Below are positions 8,376-17,669 of a stretch of DNA of 33,375 nt, one piece after another; the stretch's first letter is position 1, and every line of letters starts with the position of its first letter. Below the pieces are notes generated by a model. That model ran no database searches. It saw only the letters and a list, made by a program, of their open reading frames with translations, and was not told the DNA's origin. The position numbers and the translations under genes were made by a program. Source of the DNA: Merismopediaceae cyanobacterium (GTDB lineage Bacteria; Cyanobacteriota; Cyanobacteriia; Cyanobacteriales; Microcystaceae); NCBI GenBank assembly GCA_035286205.1, contig JAYKIP010000432.1, positions 1-33,375 on the forward strand. The letters are read 5' to 3'.

Positions 8376-8936
8376 TTAGGAAAGATACAATTTTTCTTGC
8401 TCAATATAGTCTCGAACAACCGGGGGCAAAATTGAAGCATCTTGATGTACCCGAAAATGGGTCGAGGCGATCGCCGGCAGTTCTACTTGAACAATGTCAT
8501 AACGTCCCCCTAATTGACTCAGGGTTTGGAGATCGGGGGGATGGAGGGGGTAGCCCGGTCGCGGAAAAATTAATAACGTGACTGATTGTAACAAGGTTTC
8601 TACTTGATACCACCGGGGAATTTGACGAACTAAATCCGAGCCGATCACCAGGGTATAGCAGGCTTGGTTGCCCCAGATGGTCTTGGCCCGCTCTAAACTG
8701 ATTAAACTCCGGCGATCGCTGAGGTCGGGAGAAACCTGTAAATTATCGTAGGGCATGGCCGCCATCAGACGTTTTAACATGGCCATCCGATGGGTTAAAT
8801 CCGTTTGTTGGGCTTTAAAGGGATTATCCGCCGCCCAGATTAGCACCTGGTCATAATGGGTCGCTAACCATTGCAAAATACTTTGGTGTGCCATGGTGGG
8901 TGGGTCAGCACTTGTCCCAAACAGAGCAATCTTCAT
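8376..8936 (-). CDS. nadD: Nicotinate-nucleotide adenylyltransferase NadD
   Basis: The N-terminal nucleotidyltransferase motif MKIALFGTSADPPTMAHQ is a (T/H)xxH-type signature. The ~186-aa size and the later ISST-like segment (AIASTHFR) also fit. Confidence 0.8.
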   Translation of the reverse strand: MKIALFGTSADPPTMAHQSILQWLATHYDQVLIWAADNPFKAQQTDLTHRMAMLKRLMAAMPYDNLQVSPDLSDRRSLISLERAKTIWGNQACYTLVIGSDLVRQIPRWYQVETLLQSVTLLIFPRPGYPLHPPDLQTLSQLGGRYDIVQVELPAIASTHFRVHQDASILPPVVRDYIEQEKLYLS

Positions 8937-9018
8937 CGCGAGGTCTTTCTTGCCGATTTCTATCCGGAATGTTGGAGTTTGTTATCGCTTCTTCTGGAGT
9001 CAATGCTCAGAAATTAAC

Positions 9019-10158
9019 CTAGGCGATCGCCGAATTTAAGGATTTTTCGACTACGGAAATTAATTCCTGGGGTAAAAAGGGTTGCCCGATGTAACGAGAA
9101 GCTCCCGATAATTTAGCACGAATTTTCTCGGTTAAAACTTCTTCGGAGCTAATTAAAATAATAGGAACGGAGGGGGACAAACTGGATTTACGACAGAGGG
9201 AACAGAGTTGAAAACCATTCATCTCCGGCAAATCGGTTTGTAATAACACCACTTTCGGATTTTGGGCCACAATGACCGCCAGGGCCTGAAGCGGTTTATC
9301 AATAATCAGCACGCGAAAGCCCATATCTTCTAGGACTACCTTCATCATGCTTTGCAGGTCGCTTCGTTGCTCCACCGCGATCGCCAAGGGACGATGATCC
9401 TGTTTAACCTCCTGATAGGGAAGCATTTTAATCGCCCCCTGTTTCAGTAACGGGGATAATAAAATCCCTAATTGCAACGTGCTATACTCAATCCGACTGG
9501 CTAACTCATAAAGACAGTTAAAATTGCGTAATCCCTCGGCAAAGATGGGAAAAATTCTGGCTTCGGCTAAGGTCGTTTCCTGTAACAAAGGTTGAAGTTT
9601 TGACCAATCTTCCACCAGGGGACGCTGGAAAGGAGAAGTAATTTCCGGGCGGAGCTTTGACCAGTAGCGAATTTTATGCTGGAGGGGGGTCAGAATGTGT
9701 TCTAATTCTAAATTAATAAATAATTTTTCTAGGCGATCGCTCGAATCAAAATACCAAAGACTTTTCGACAAAGAAAGAATCTGCACCAGGGCTTCCTGGG
9801 TCACTTGATTGAAAATAGAGTGGGTTTGTTGGGACGAAAAAAAATCATCTTTCCAGAGTTGCCACAGAAAATCATAATCATCCTCTAGATCCACCGGCAA
9901 GCTAATATTGAGTTGTCGAAGTTGTTGCCCCATTAAATACTGCAATCGTTCCACCTTGCCCTTGGCACTACTCGCAAAATGAATCCGCCCATTGCCCCAA
10001 TAAACCTGCCAATGCACAAACTCATCAAGGGGGTTTTGTACCGTTAACGTCCCAGTTACTTGGGTTTCTGCCAAATGACGTAACAACGCCAGGGGAACCA
10101 TTGGCTCCTGGGAGAGAAAGTTGGAGGAATCTACAGAAGAACAACGAGCAGTGTTCAT
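9019..10158 (-). CDS. PatA-type regulator: N-terminal PATAN/DUF4388 domain plus a C-terminal degenerate receiver domain
   Basis: The N-terminal segment LLRHLAETQVTGTLTV...VHWQVYWGNGRIHFA is typical of DUF4388/PATAN. The C-terminal ~125 aa has a CheY-like fold pattern (VLIIDKP...VVLLQTDLPEMNGFQL...PIILISS...GQPF), but key residues are substituted (see findings). Confidence 0.7.
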   Translation of the reverse strand: MNTARCSSVDSSNFLSQEPMVPLALLRHLAETQVTGTLTVQNPLDEFVHWQVYWGNGRIHFASSAKGKVERLQYLMGQQLRQLNISLPVDLEDDYDFLWQLWKDDFFSSQQTHSIFNQVTQEALVQILSLSKSLWYFDSSDRLEKLFINLELEHILTPLQHKIRYWSKLRPEITSPFQRPLVEDWSKLQPLLQETTLAEARIFPIFAEGLRNFNCLYELASRIEYSTLQLGILLSPLLKQGAIKMLPYQEVKQDHRPLAIAVEQRSDLQSMMKVVLEDMGFRVLIIDKPLQALAVIVAQNPKVVLLQTDLPEMNGFQLCSLCRKSSLSPSVPIILISSEEVLTEKIRAKLSGASRYIGQPFLPQELISVVEKSLNSAIA

Positions 10159-10265
10159 AGGGCCTTACACCGAACAGCAGGATACTTCATCGCAACGCGA
10201 GATTAATCTAGTACTAAAGCGAATTTTAAAATTTGACCGTATTATATCGGGAAACTTGCTAGTTT

Positions 10266-11216
10266 ATGTATAAATTTTACCCGCCTTCCGAGAATTCTCT
10301 TGATTTTTGCTTTGCGATTTATCAGTATCCTTTGGCAAAACCCTTGTTAACGCACCATGGCTCCTGGCAATTCCGTGAGGGGATTGTTATACAGTTGAGC
10401 GACGAGTCGGGAAAATGTGGGCGGGGGGAAATTGCTCCATTACCCTGGTTTGGTACGGAAACCTTGACAGAAGCCCTTAAATTTTGCCAACGTTTGCCGT
10501 CAAGATCAATCGATCTGGCTCCTATTTTAGGGGAAATCCCGGAGGCTTTACCCTGTTGTCAATTTGCTTTTGCCTCTGCGTATCAAGACCTTTTTTCTCC
10601 CTCACCGCCACCGTCTTTTTCTCCGGCTCAATTTTGTTATTTATTACCCTCTGATGATGAAGTCGAAGAAAGATTAATGATCCTCCTGGGGGACGGGTAT
10701 CAAACCTTTAAAATGAAAATTGGTTTACAAGCTTTTGCCGTTGAAAGGGAGAAAATTCAGGCGGTATTACAACAATTCTCCCCGGCGGGCCGGTTGCGTT
10801 TAGATGCCAATGGCGGCTTAACTTTAGCTCAGGCGAGGGACTGGTTAACGTTCCTAGGGGATTTTCCCCAGGTGGAGTTTTTGGAACAGCCTTTACCCCC
10901 CCATCAATTCGCTGAAATGTTGACCCTTTCCCCACAATTCCCTACGGCGATCGCCCTGGATGAATCGGTGTCCAGTTGGCGGCAATTACAGGCTTGTTAT
11001 CGGCAGGGTTGGCGGGGCATTTATGTGTTAAAAGCGGCCATTATGGGCTATCCCCAACGCTTAGAAGATTGGTTAAGGACTCATCCCATTGATGCGGTGT
11101 TTTCCTCGGTGTTGGAAACGGCGATCGCCCGGCAACAGGTGTTACGGATGGCGAGTCGCTGGAATCATCCTGAACGAGCCGTCGGTTTTGGAACAGAGCA
11201 TTGGTTCAGTCATTAA
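10266..11216 (+). CDS. menC: o-Succinylbenzoate synthase MenC (enolase superfamily; phylloquinone/menaquinone pathway)
   Basis: Enolase-superfamily catalytic pattern: FKMKIG, LRLDANGGL, FLEQPL, IALDES. The 316-aa size is typical of cyanobacterial OSBS. Confidence 0.8.
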   Translation: MYKFYPPSENSLDFCFAIYQYPLAKPLLTHHGSWQFREGIVIQLSDESGKCGRGEIAPLPWFGTETLTEALKFCQRLPSRSIDLAPILGEIPEALPCCQFAFASAYQDLFSPSPPPSFSPAQFCYLLPSDDEVEERLMILLGDGYQTFKMKIGLQAFAVEREKIQAVLQQFSPAGRLRLDANGGLTLAQARDWLTFLGDFPQVEFLEQPLPPHQFAEMLTLSPQFPTAIALDESVSSWRQLQACYRQGWRGIYVLKAAIMGYPQRLEDWLRTHPIDAVFSSVLETAIARQQVLRMASRWNHPERAVGFGTEHWFSH

Positions 11217-11394
11217 TCCTCTAAACTGCCTACAGGCAAGGAGCTTAAGCCCCTTGTTACAAAGTTTGCACAAAAATGACTCGGCAATCTAAAAGACGGC
11301 AGGCCCCTCCTGCAACCCGCAAGATTTTCCCCTAGAGGGAAGATTTAGGCTAAAAGTAGGGGACACTCTTAACAGGTGACTTTTACAGATTGCT

Positions 11395-13044
11395 ATGGTC
11401 GAGTCTCTTTCCGCTACGCCCTTAACCGCTTCCTTCCCGGTACAAACGCTATCCCCACCGCCCATCACCCCTTGCCGGTTGGCCGCCATTGACATTGGAA
11501 CCAATTCGGTACACATGGTCATTGTCAAAATTGATCCGGTGTTGGCCACCTTCACTATTACGGCGAGGGAAAAGGATACTGTCCGTCTAGGAGAACGCGA
11601 TCCGAAAACGGGTAATCTTTCTGCCCCGGCCATGGCCAGGGCGATCGCCGCCTTAAAACGGTGTCGAGATTTGGCCCAAAGTAGCAATGTAGATTACCTC
11701 ATTGCCGTGGCCACCAGTGCCACCAGGGAAGCCAGCAACGGAGCCGAATTTTTAGAGCGCATTGAACAGGAAGTCGGTCTGAAAGTGGATCTGATTTCCG
11801 GTCAGGAAGAGGCCCGCCGGATTTACCTGGGGGTACTGTCGGGCATGGACTTTAACCATCAGCCCCACCTGATTATTGACATTGGCGGCGGTTCAACGGA
11901 GTTAATTTTGGCCGATCGCCAGGAACCCCGCTTTCTCAGTAGCACGAAAATTGGAGCCGTGCGCCTAACCCGCGATTTTGTCCAGAGTGATCCCATTAGT
12001 CCCACCGAGTTGGCCAGTTTGCGGGCCTACGTCCGAGGAATGTTAGAGCGTCCCATTGATGAACTACGCCATTGGATTCAACCGGGGGAAAGGGTGCGTC
12101 TGGTCGGCACATCGGGAACCATTGAAACCCTGGCCATGGTGACGGCTCTGCAACAACAAAAAGAAATTCCCAATCCTCTGCAAGGTTACGAACTTCAACG
12201 CAGGGAGATTCGAGACTGGGTTAAACGTTTTGCCACCCTGACCTATGACCAACGGTTAGCCATTCCAGGACTGTCGGATAAACGGGCAGAAATCATTTTG
12301 GCGGGAGCCGTCATTCTTTTGGAAGCGATGACCATGCTCAACCTGGACTGTCTGGTGATCTGTGAACGGGCCTTGCGGGAAGGGGTGATTGTGGATTGGA
12401 TGTTGACCCATGGCCTCATTGAAAATCGCCTACGGTTTCAAGGGGAAATTCGCCAGCGCAGTGTGATGAAAATTGCCCATAAATATCAGGTAGATTTGCT
12501 TTACGGGGAACGGGTCGCTCAATTTGCTCTGGCTTTCTTTGATCAACTTCAAGGAATCTTACATTTCTGGGGCGATCGCGAACGGGAATGGCTCTGGGCC
12601 GCGGCGATTTTACATAATTGTGGCATCTATATCAGTCATTCTTCCCACCATAAACATTCCTATTATTTGATTCGCCATGGGGAGTTATTAGGTTTTACAG
12701 AAATTGAGTTAGAGTTAATTGCCAATCTGGCCCGCTACCATCGTCGCAATAAGCCGAAAAGACGGCATTTAGATTACATCAAATTAGCGGAGGAGCATCG
12801 TCTCTTAATCCGTCAGCTCAGTGCCATTTTACGCTTGGCCGTGGCTATGGATCGGCGACAAATTGGGGCGATCAAAAATTTTGAATGTAAATATGATCCA
12901 GAATATCGTCAATTACATCTCCATTTATTCCCCGTTCAAGCAGAGGACGATTGCACCCTAGAACTTTGGAATTTAGACTATAAAAAAGTGGTCTTTGAAG
13001 AAGAATTTAACGTCAAAGTGGTGGCCACCTTAGCCATTCCCTAA
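11395..13044 (+). CDS. ppx: Exopolyphosphatase / guanosine pentaphosphate phosphohydrolase (Ppx/GppA family) with a C-terminal HD-like domain
   Basis: ASKHA-fold phosphate motifs are present: AAIDIGTNSVHMVI, IIDIGGGSTELI, VGTSGTIE. The C-terminal part reads LHNCGIYISHSSHHKHSYYLI. Confidence 0.85.
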   Translation: MVESLSATPLTASFPVQTLSPPPITPCRLAAIDIGTNSVHMVIVKIDPVLATFTITAREKDTVRLGERDPKTGNLSAPAMARAIAALKRCRDLAQSSNVDYLIAVATSATREASNGAEFLERIEQEVGLKVDLISGQEEARRIYLGVLSGMDFNHQPHLIIDIGGGSTELILADRQEPRFLSSTKIGAVRLTRDFVQSDPISPTELASLRAYVRGMLERPIDELRHWIQPGERVRLVGTSGTIETLAMVTALQQQKEIPNPLQGYELQRREIRDWVKRFATLTYDQRLAIPGLSDKRAEIILAGAVILLEAMTMLNLDCLVICERALREGVIVDWMLTHGLIENRLRFQGEIRQRSVMKIAHKYQVDLLYGERVAQFALAFFDQLQGILHFWGDREREWLWAAAILHNCGIYISHSSHHKHSYYLIRHGELLGFTEIELELIANLARYHRRNKPKRRHLDYIKLAEEHRLLIRQLSAILRLAVAMDRRQIGAIKNFECKYDPEYRQLHLHLFPVQAEDDCTLELWNLDYKKVVFEEEFNVKVVATLAIP

Positions 13045-13530
13045 GCTAGGTTAACCCGCTCTTACCCTTGATTCGTCCCGTCCTTGGGTTGGGGGGTGAA
13101 GATTGACCAAAAGCCGGCAATGAACGAGAGGAGAGAAACCGGGGCGATCGACTAGGCCCTGACCGTCTAGGACTGTGTATCAATTTGTATTTTTCCTTGG
13201 CCAATGACTTGACTTGTGTTCACGGGAAAATAATGATTATCGAAAAACTTGGGTTTACAATCCCGTCCTTTAGACGGCTTTGGGTTAAAATATATTTAGC
13301 AGACGACAACCAAGTTTGCTAAATACATTCTGTCAAAAACAATAAGTCGCCATAGGGCATTGGGAGACTCTAAACGGACGTGGAGCGATGGTAAGACTAC
13401 TTCGGTGGCACATTGCTGTGAAGCGTCAAGGAATCCTTTCCCTTTAGGGAAGGGAGGTATGTCAAAGAAATAACCAAAAAATCGGCTTGGCTCAAGCCAT
13501 TACCATAAATGCTGTTGGGAGAACTTTTTA

Positions 13531-14040
13531 ATGAGAGACGCGGTTACTACCTTAATTAGAACCTACGATGTCACCGGTCGTTACCTAGACCGCAATGCCA
13601 TTGATCAACTTAAGGCCTATTTCGAGTCAGGCTCTGCTCGTATCGCGGCGGCTAACCTGATTAATGGCAATTCTGCCACCATCGTCAAACAAGCGGCGGC
13701 CCAACTCTTTGAGGAAGTTCCTGAGTTAATCCGGGCGGGGGGCAATGCCTATACAACCCGGCGTTTTTCGGCCTGTTTGCGGGACATGGATTACTATCTC
13801 CGCTATGCCAGCTACGCCCTGATTGCCGGAGATAATGATGTCCTCGATGAACGGGTATTACAGGGATTACGCGAAACCTATAATTCCCTAGGGGTTCCCA
13901 TTGGCCCGACGGTGCGCGGTATTCAAATTATGAAAGAAATGGTGCAGGAAATGGCCCTCAATGCCGGTTTGAGTAACACGGCTTTCATTGACTCTCCCTT
14001 TGACCACATGACCCGCGAGTTTAGCGAGGTTTCACTGTAA
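13531..14040 (+). CDS. apcF: Allophycocyanin beta-18 subunit ApcF (phycobilisome core)
   Basis: 169 aa. MRDAVTTLIRTYDVTGRYLDRNAIDQLKAYF...GGNAYTTRRFSACLRDMDYYLRYASYAL...LQGLRETYNSLGVPIGPTVRGIQIMKE closely matches the ApcF sequences I remember. The length of 169 aa and the GNAYTTRRF chromophore region distinguish it from ApcB. Confidence 0.9.
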   Translation: MRDAVTTLIRTYDVTGRYLDRNAIDQLKAYFESGSARIAAANLINGNSATIVKQAAAQLFEEVPELIRAGGNAYTTRRFSACLRDMDYYLRYASYALIAGDNDVLDERVLQGLRETYNSLGVPIGPTVRGIQIMKEMVQEMALNAGLSNTAFIDSPFDHMTREFSEVSL

Positions 14041-14087
14041 TTTTCCCTTTGTCATTTTCCCTTTAATGTCTGTTAGAGTTTGCGAGA

Positions 14088-14121
14088 AAGAAGTTAGGCC
14101 CTGGGTTTGACTTCTTTTTTT
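14088..14121 (+). terminator. Candidate intrinsic terminator of apcF
   Basis: A 7-bp stem (AAGAAGT 14088-14094, ACTTCTT 14110-14116) with a 15-nt loop, followed directly by T5 (14117-21). It lies 48 nt after the apcF stop. Confidence 0.5.
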
Positions 14122-14130
14122 GGCTCAACG

Positions 14131-14346
14131 CATTTCTCCCCCAAAGTTGGGGGCCGGGGGGCCAACCGTGCGTCACCCATTTCTCCCCCAAAATTACTAC
14201 TGTGTACACACATCTTGAGACAAGACAGGTTTTTGGGTTTATCCCCCTAAATCCCCCTTGGTAAGGGGGACTGACCACCGCTAATTTGTCTGTTTTCCCC
14301 TCTTTCAAAGGGGGGCTAGGGGGGATTCAAAACTTATATGTACATA
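14131..14346. repeat. Cluster of short G-run/C-run hairpin repeats (MITE-like intergenic repeat region)
   Basis: Direct repeat CATTTCTCCCCCAAA at 14131-14145 and 14178-14192. Hairpins at 14252-14270 (TCCCCCTT-GGT-AAGGGGGA) and 14297-14315 (CCCCTCT-loop-GGGGGGG type). Two 10-bp palindromes share a TGTACA core: TGTGTACACA at 14201-14210 and TATGTACATA at 14337-14346. Confidence 0.6.
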
Positions 14347-14371
14347 GTACTCAAAATCAAGGGCAAAAAAA

Positions 14372-15694
14372 CTATAAAACCCGTAGGACACTGGCGATCG
14401 CCTTGGTCGAAGAAAGGTGTTGAATTTCGGTTAAGGCTTGACGGAAATTCCCTTCCCGTACCTGATGAGTCACCACCACAATTTCAGCGGCCCCATCCTG
14501 AAACCCAATCTGCACAACAGATTCCAGACTAACCCCCTGATCCCCGAAACTGGTTCCGAGATGACCGATCACCCCCGGCACGTCATAGCAGAGAAAACGG
14601 GCATAGAAACGGGTTTCCAGGTTATCAATGGGGGTCACTTGACAATAGTGTTGATGGGTACAGCTTAAGAGCGGATCTAAAGCCGGATTTTCATCACTAC
14701 TGCATAGAATCCCCACAATATTAATCATGTCGGAAATGACCGCACTGGCCGTTGGCCCTGCTCCCGCTCCTCGACCGTAAAACATCACGGAACCCAGGGG
14801 ATCGCCGGTCACTAAAATACCGTTATAGACTCCGTTAATATTAGCGAGGGGATGATCCTTCGGCAGTAAGGTGGGATGGACTCGCAGTTGCAAGGTATCG
14901 GATTCTTCGCCCTGTAGTCCTTCGGCGTGAGGCTCCGCCGCTGCTTCGCAGATCGCCAATAATTTAATGACAAAGCCCAATTTATCGGCGTAGGCAATAT
15001 CAATAGCACTCACCTGACGAATGCCTTCACAATAGACATCTTCCCGCTTGACCCGTCCCCCAAACCCCAGGGAAGCCAAAATCGCAATCTTATCGGCGGC
15101 ATCTAAACCATCCACATCGGCAGTGGGATCGGCTTCGGCATAGCCTAATTTTTGGGCTTCCGCTAGCACTTCGGCAAAGTCGGCCCCGGCCTGGGTCATC
15201 TGGGTCAAAATGTAGTTCGTTGTGCCATTGACAATGCCGATAATACTTTGGACACGATTGGCTCCCAGGGATTGTTTCAAGGGTTTAATGATCGGGATGC
15301 CCCCGCCAACGGTTGCTTCTAGGAGTACATAAACCCCTGCTTGATTGGCCGCTGAATAGATTTCATCCCCATAACGAGCAATGACGGCTTTATTGGCAGT
15401 CACAATATGTTTTTTGTGGGCGATGGCTTTCAATATCAGCGATCGCGCCGGTTCTAGTCCCCCCAATAATTCCACGACGATGACAATTTCCGGATCGGTG
15501 ACAATGCTATCTAGGTCGGTGGTTAATTTTTCCGAGGATAGGGTGACAGCCCTGGGTTTATCCAGCGATCGCACTCCCACACGATGAATCTCAATTTCTC
15601 GGAGGAGCGGACTACGCCCGGCAGGGTCTTGCAAAATACTCACTACGCCGCCGCCAACGGTTCCTAAACCCAATAGACCAACTTTAAACGCCAC
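14372..15694 (-). CDS. hom: Homoserine dehydrogenase
   Basis: Motifs: Rossmann motif VGLLGLGTVGGG, VELLGG, TANKA, EATVGGGIPII, GIVNGTTNYIL, plus a C-terminal ACT-like domain. GTG start at 15694. Confidence 0.92.
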   Translation of the reverse strand: MAFKVGLLGLGTVGGGVVSILQDPAGRSPLLREIEIHRVGVRSLDKPRAVTLSSEKLTTDLDSIVTDPEIVIVVELLGGLEPARSLILKAIAHKKHIVTANKAVIARYGDEIYSAANQAGVYVLLEATVGGGIPIIKPLKQSLGANRVQSIIGIVNGTTNYILTQMTQAGADFAEVLAEAQKLGYAEADPTADVDGLDAADKIAILASLGFGGRVKREDVYCEGIRQVSAIDIAYADKLGFVIKLLAICEAAAEPHAEGLQGEESDTLQLRVHPTLLPKDHPLANINGVYNGILVTGDPLGSVMFYGRGAGAGPTASAVISDMINIVGILCSSDENPALDPLLSCTHQHYCQVTPIDNLETRFYARFLCYDVPGVIGHLGTSFGDQGVSLESVVQIGFQDGAAEIVVVTHQVREGNFRQALTEIQHLSSTKAIASVLRVL

Positions 15695-15756
15695 GATCGC
15701 TGATGTCCTTCGATAACTACGCTTTACTAGATTAGCGGTTTCCTGTCCCTCTTGGC

Positions 15757-17013
15757 TTACTCAGATTTTAAAAAGACAAATTTGCCGTCTTTGCCATCGG
15801 GATTCATGTTGATCTGAGCGACATAAAATTGTTCCTGTTTCACTTCACCTTCCGGGGTAAAGGAAATTTTTCCGAGAGGCGTATCATAGGTTCCTTTTAA
15901 TAGTTGTTGATTTAGTTGAGTGCGTAGTTCCGGTAACGGAATAGTAGCCACTTTTTGGGTTTTATCGAGGGTTTTGAGGGAATCTACAAAAACCTGAACT
16001 CCCGTATAAGCCTGGGCCGCAAATTGGGGCGGTTCTTTTTTATTTTGGGCTTGGTAAGCCTCCCGAAAGGTCTGATTCACCGGGGTTTTTAATTCGGGAC
16101 TATAGGATTGGGCAATAATTACCCCGTCACATTGTTTTTGGCAAACGGGAAAAATATTAGAAGTATTTAAGCCATTTCCTCCGATAATTAAGCCTTTATA
16201 GCCCAATTCCCGCAGTTGTTTAATTAAGTTCCCACCATCCGCCGCTAAACCGGAAATAATAATCAGATCCGGTTTTAAATTAATGGCATTGGTCGCCTGG
16301 GATTGAAAATCGGTATCGGTGGTTTGGAATTTTTGTACCGTGACCAAATCCAATTTTTTATCCTTCACGGTTTGCTGAAAAATTTCCGTTTCTGATTTGC
16401 TATAGGCATCATTTTGGGCATAGAAAACGGCGACTTTTTTAATCTGGGGATTCAGTTTTAAGGCTTCATTAATGGCAAAGGGCGCGACAACGGCCACCGG
16501 AGCCGAAACCCGGCTGATATATTCCCCAATTTCAGGAATGCCCTTAGCGGTATTTGAGGGGCCAAGCACCGGTACTTTATTTCGTTCGGCAATGGGATCA
16601 GCCGCAAAAGCCTGTTGGGATAAACTCGGCCCCACAATCCCGACCACTTTACTTTGATTCATTAGGGTATTAAAAGCATTGATCGCCCCCTGTTCATCCC
16701 CGCCTACATCTTGAAAAATGAGTTTGATCGGTGTGCCATTGATGCCTCCCTGTTGGTTGAAGATCTGCTCGGCAATTTTGGCCCCGGTGACTTGTTCCTG
16801 ACCCAATAGAGCGACGTTACTAGTTTGAGATACAGCAATACCAATGGGGATCGCGTTGGCGGTGTTGCTGGGGTTTGTGGTGTTGTTCGTTTGCGCCTGG
16901 GGAGCCGTATTATCGGGATTGGAACCGGTGGGATTGGTTGGCCCACAGGCCGAGATTAACCCACAACTTGCGAGAGTGCCGCAAATAACCGCGATCGCCC
17001 CTTTAGAAACCAT
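15757..17013 (-). CDS. ABC transporter substrate-binding lipoprotein, type-1 PBP (branched-chain/neutral amino-acid binding, LivJ/NatB-like)
   Basis: Signal peptide with a lipobox (LISAC-G), a low-complexity N/T/P linker, then a Leu/Ile/Val-binding-protein-like pattern ([34 protein letters not shown]). The first ATG is at 17013 and a TTG lies at 17019. No permease or ATPase gene is adjacent. Confidence 0.8.
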   Translation of the reverse strand: MVSKGAIAVICGTLASCGLISACGPTNPTGSNPDNTAPQAQTNNTTNPSNTANAIPIGIAVSQTSNVALLGQEQVTGAKIAEQIFNQQGGINGTPIKLIFQDVGGDEQGAINAFNTLMNQSKVVGIVGPSLSQQAFAADPIAERNKVPVLGPSNTAKGIPEIGEYISRVSAPVAVVAPFAINEALKLNPQIKKVAVFYAQNDAYSKSETEIFQQTVKDKKLDLVTVQKFQTTDTDFQSQATNAINLKPDLIIISGLAADGGNLIKQLRELGYKGLIIGGNGLNTSNIFPVCQKQCDGVIIAQSYSPELKTPVNQTFREAYQAQNKKEPPQFAAQAYTGVQVFVDSLKTLDKTQKVATIPLPELRTQLNQQLLKGTYDTPLGKISFTPEGEVKQEQFYVAQINMNPDGKDGKFVFLKSE

Positions 17014-17096
17014 ATTCAATCTCTCCTAAAATTATGGTGATATTACCACGAAGAAAAAAGTTTTATACTAAACAAAAGTGTTATTCGGTCAAAGCC

Positions 17097-17606
17097 ATGG
17101 GTCAACTCCTTAAGATGCTCTGGAAAGGGATGGTTATTCTCCTCTTGGCGATCGCCCTCCTCTGCGGTTTAGCGTTACCGGGGTTCGCCCAGGAAAGTAC
17201 CGTGAACCATACCTATGGGGATTTAGCCCGTCAGGATTTTTCCCATCAGAAATTAGTGAAGGGGGTCTTTGCGGCGGCGGATTTGCGGTCAGCCAATTTT
17301 GAGGAGGCGGATTTGTCCTACGGCATTTTAACCGAAGCCATTTTATTATCGGCCAATTTAAAAAATGCGAATTTATCCTACGCGCTCCTTGACCGGGTAA
17401 CCCTGGATTCTGCCGATTTAACCAATGCCATTTTAACGGCGGCGATCGCCACCCGGAGTCGGTTTTATGAGGCGATCATTACCGGGGCCGATTTTACCGA
17501 TGCGGTTATTGATTCTTACCAAATTAAGTTAATGTGCGATCGGGCCAGTGGAGTGAATCCGGTGACCGGGGTAGCCACCAGAGACAGTTTAGGCTGTCCA
17601 GATTAG
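17097..17606 (+). CDS. Pentapeptide-repeat protein with signal peptide (thylakoid-lumen TL15/TL17-like)
   Basis: The signal-like N-terminus is [33 protein letters not shown]. It is followed by tandem A(D/N)LxX pentapeptides ([53 protein letters not shown]) and a C-terminal Cys pair. The longest ORF starts at 17034, only 20 nt from the divergent gene, so ATG 17097 is preferred. Confidence 0.8.
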   Translation: MGQLLKMLWKGMVILLLAIALLCGLALPGFAQESTVNHTYGDLARQDFSHQKLVKGVFAAADLRSANFEEADLSYGILTEAILLSANLKNANLSYALLDRVTLDSADLTNAILTAAIATRSRFYEAIITGADFTDAVIDSYQIKLMCDRASGVNPVTGVATRDSLGCPD

Positions 17607-17669
17607 GAAAATCCGGGGGCTTTCAGAGGTTTATAATCAAAAAAATTTTTACTCTCTCTTGTTGCCATC

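Noticed and set aside
8992-9012. 21-bp imperfect palindrome TTCTG-N11-CAGAA upstream of nadD as an NrtR operator
   Set aside because: Only 5+5 bp pair, I cannot recall the cyanobacterial NrtR consensus reliably, and it could equally be a weak hairpin after the PATAN gene stop.
11289-11687. 132-aa minus-strand ORF across the menC-ppx gap and the ppx 5' end
   Set aside because: It is antisense to the well-supported N-terminus of Ppx (the AAIDIGTNS motif region) and has no family features.
13177-13190. NtcA-like site GTA-N8-TAT upstream of apcF
   Set aside because: One half-site deviates from GTA-N8-TAC. I could not find a convincing TAN3T -10 box at about 22 nt downstream. Such near-matches are expected by chance in AT-rich spacers.
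13045-13530. A known structured RNA (RNase P RNA, tmRNA, 6S RNA, SRP RNA; TPP, cobalamin, glutamine, fluoride, c-di-GMP or guanidine riboswitches) in the apcF upstream gap
   Set aside because: I looked for the conserved core strings I remember for each class and found none. This cannot be excluded without a covariance-model scan, so only generic structure is reported.
14063-14308. 81-aa minus-strand ORF in the apcF-hom gap
   Set aside because: It is a translation of the C-run/G-run hairpin repeats (giving PPYQGGFRGI-type peptide), so it is better explained as non-coding repeat DNA.
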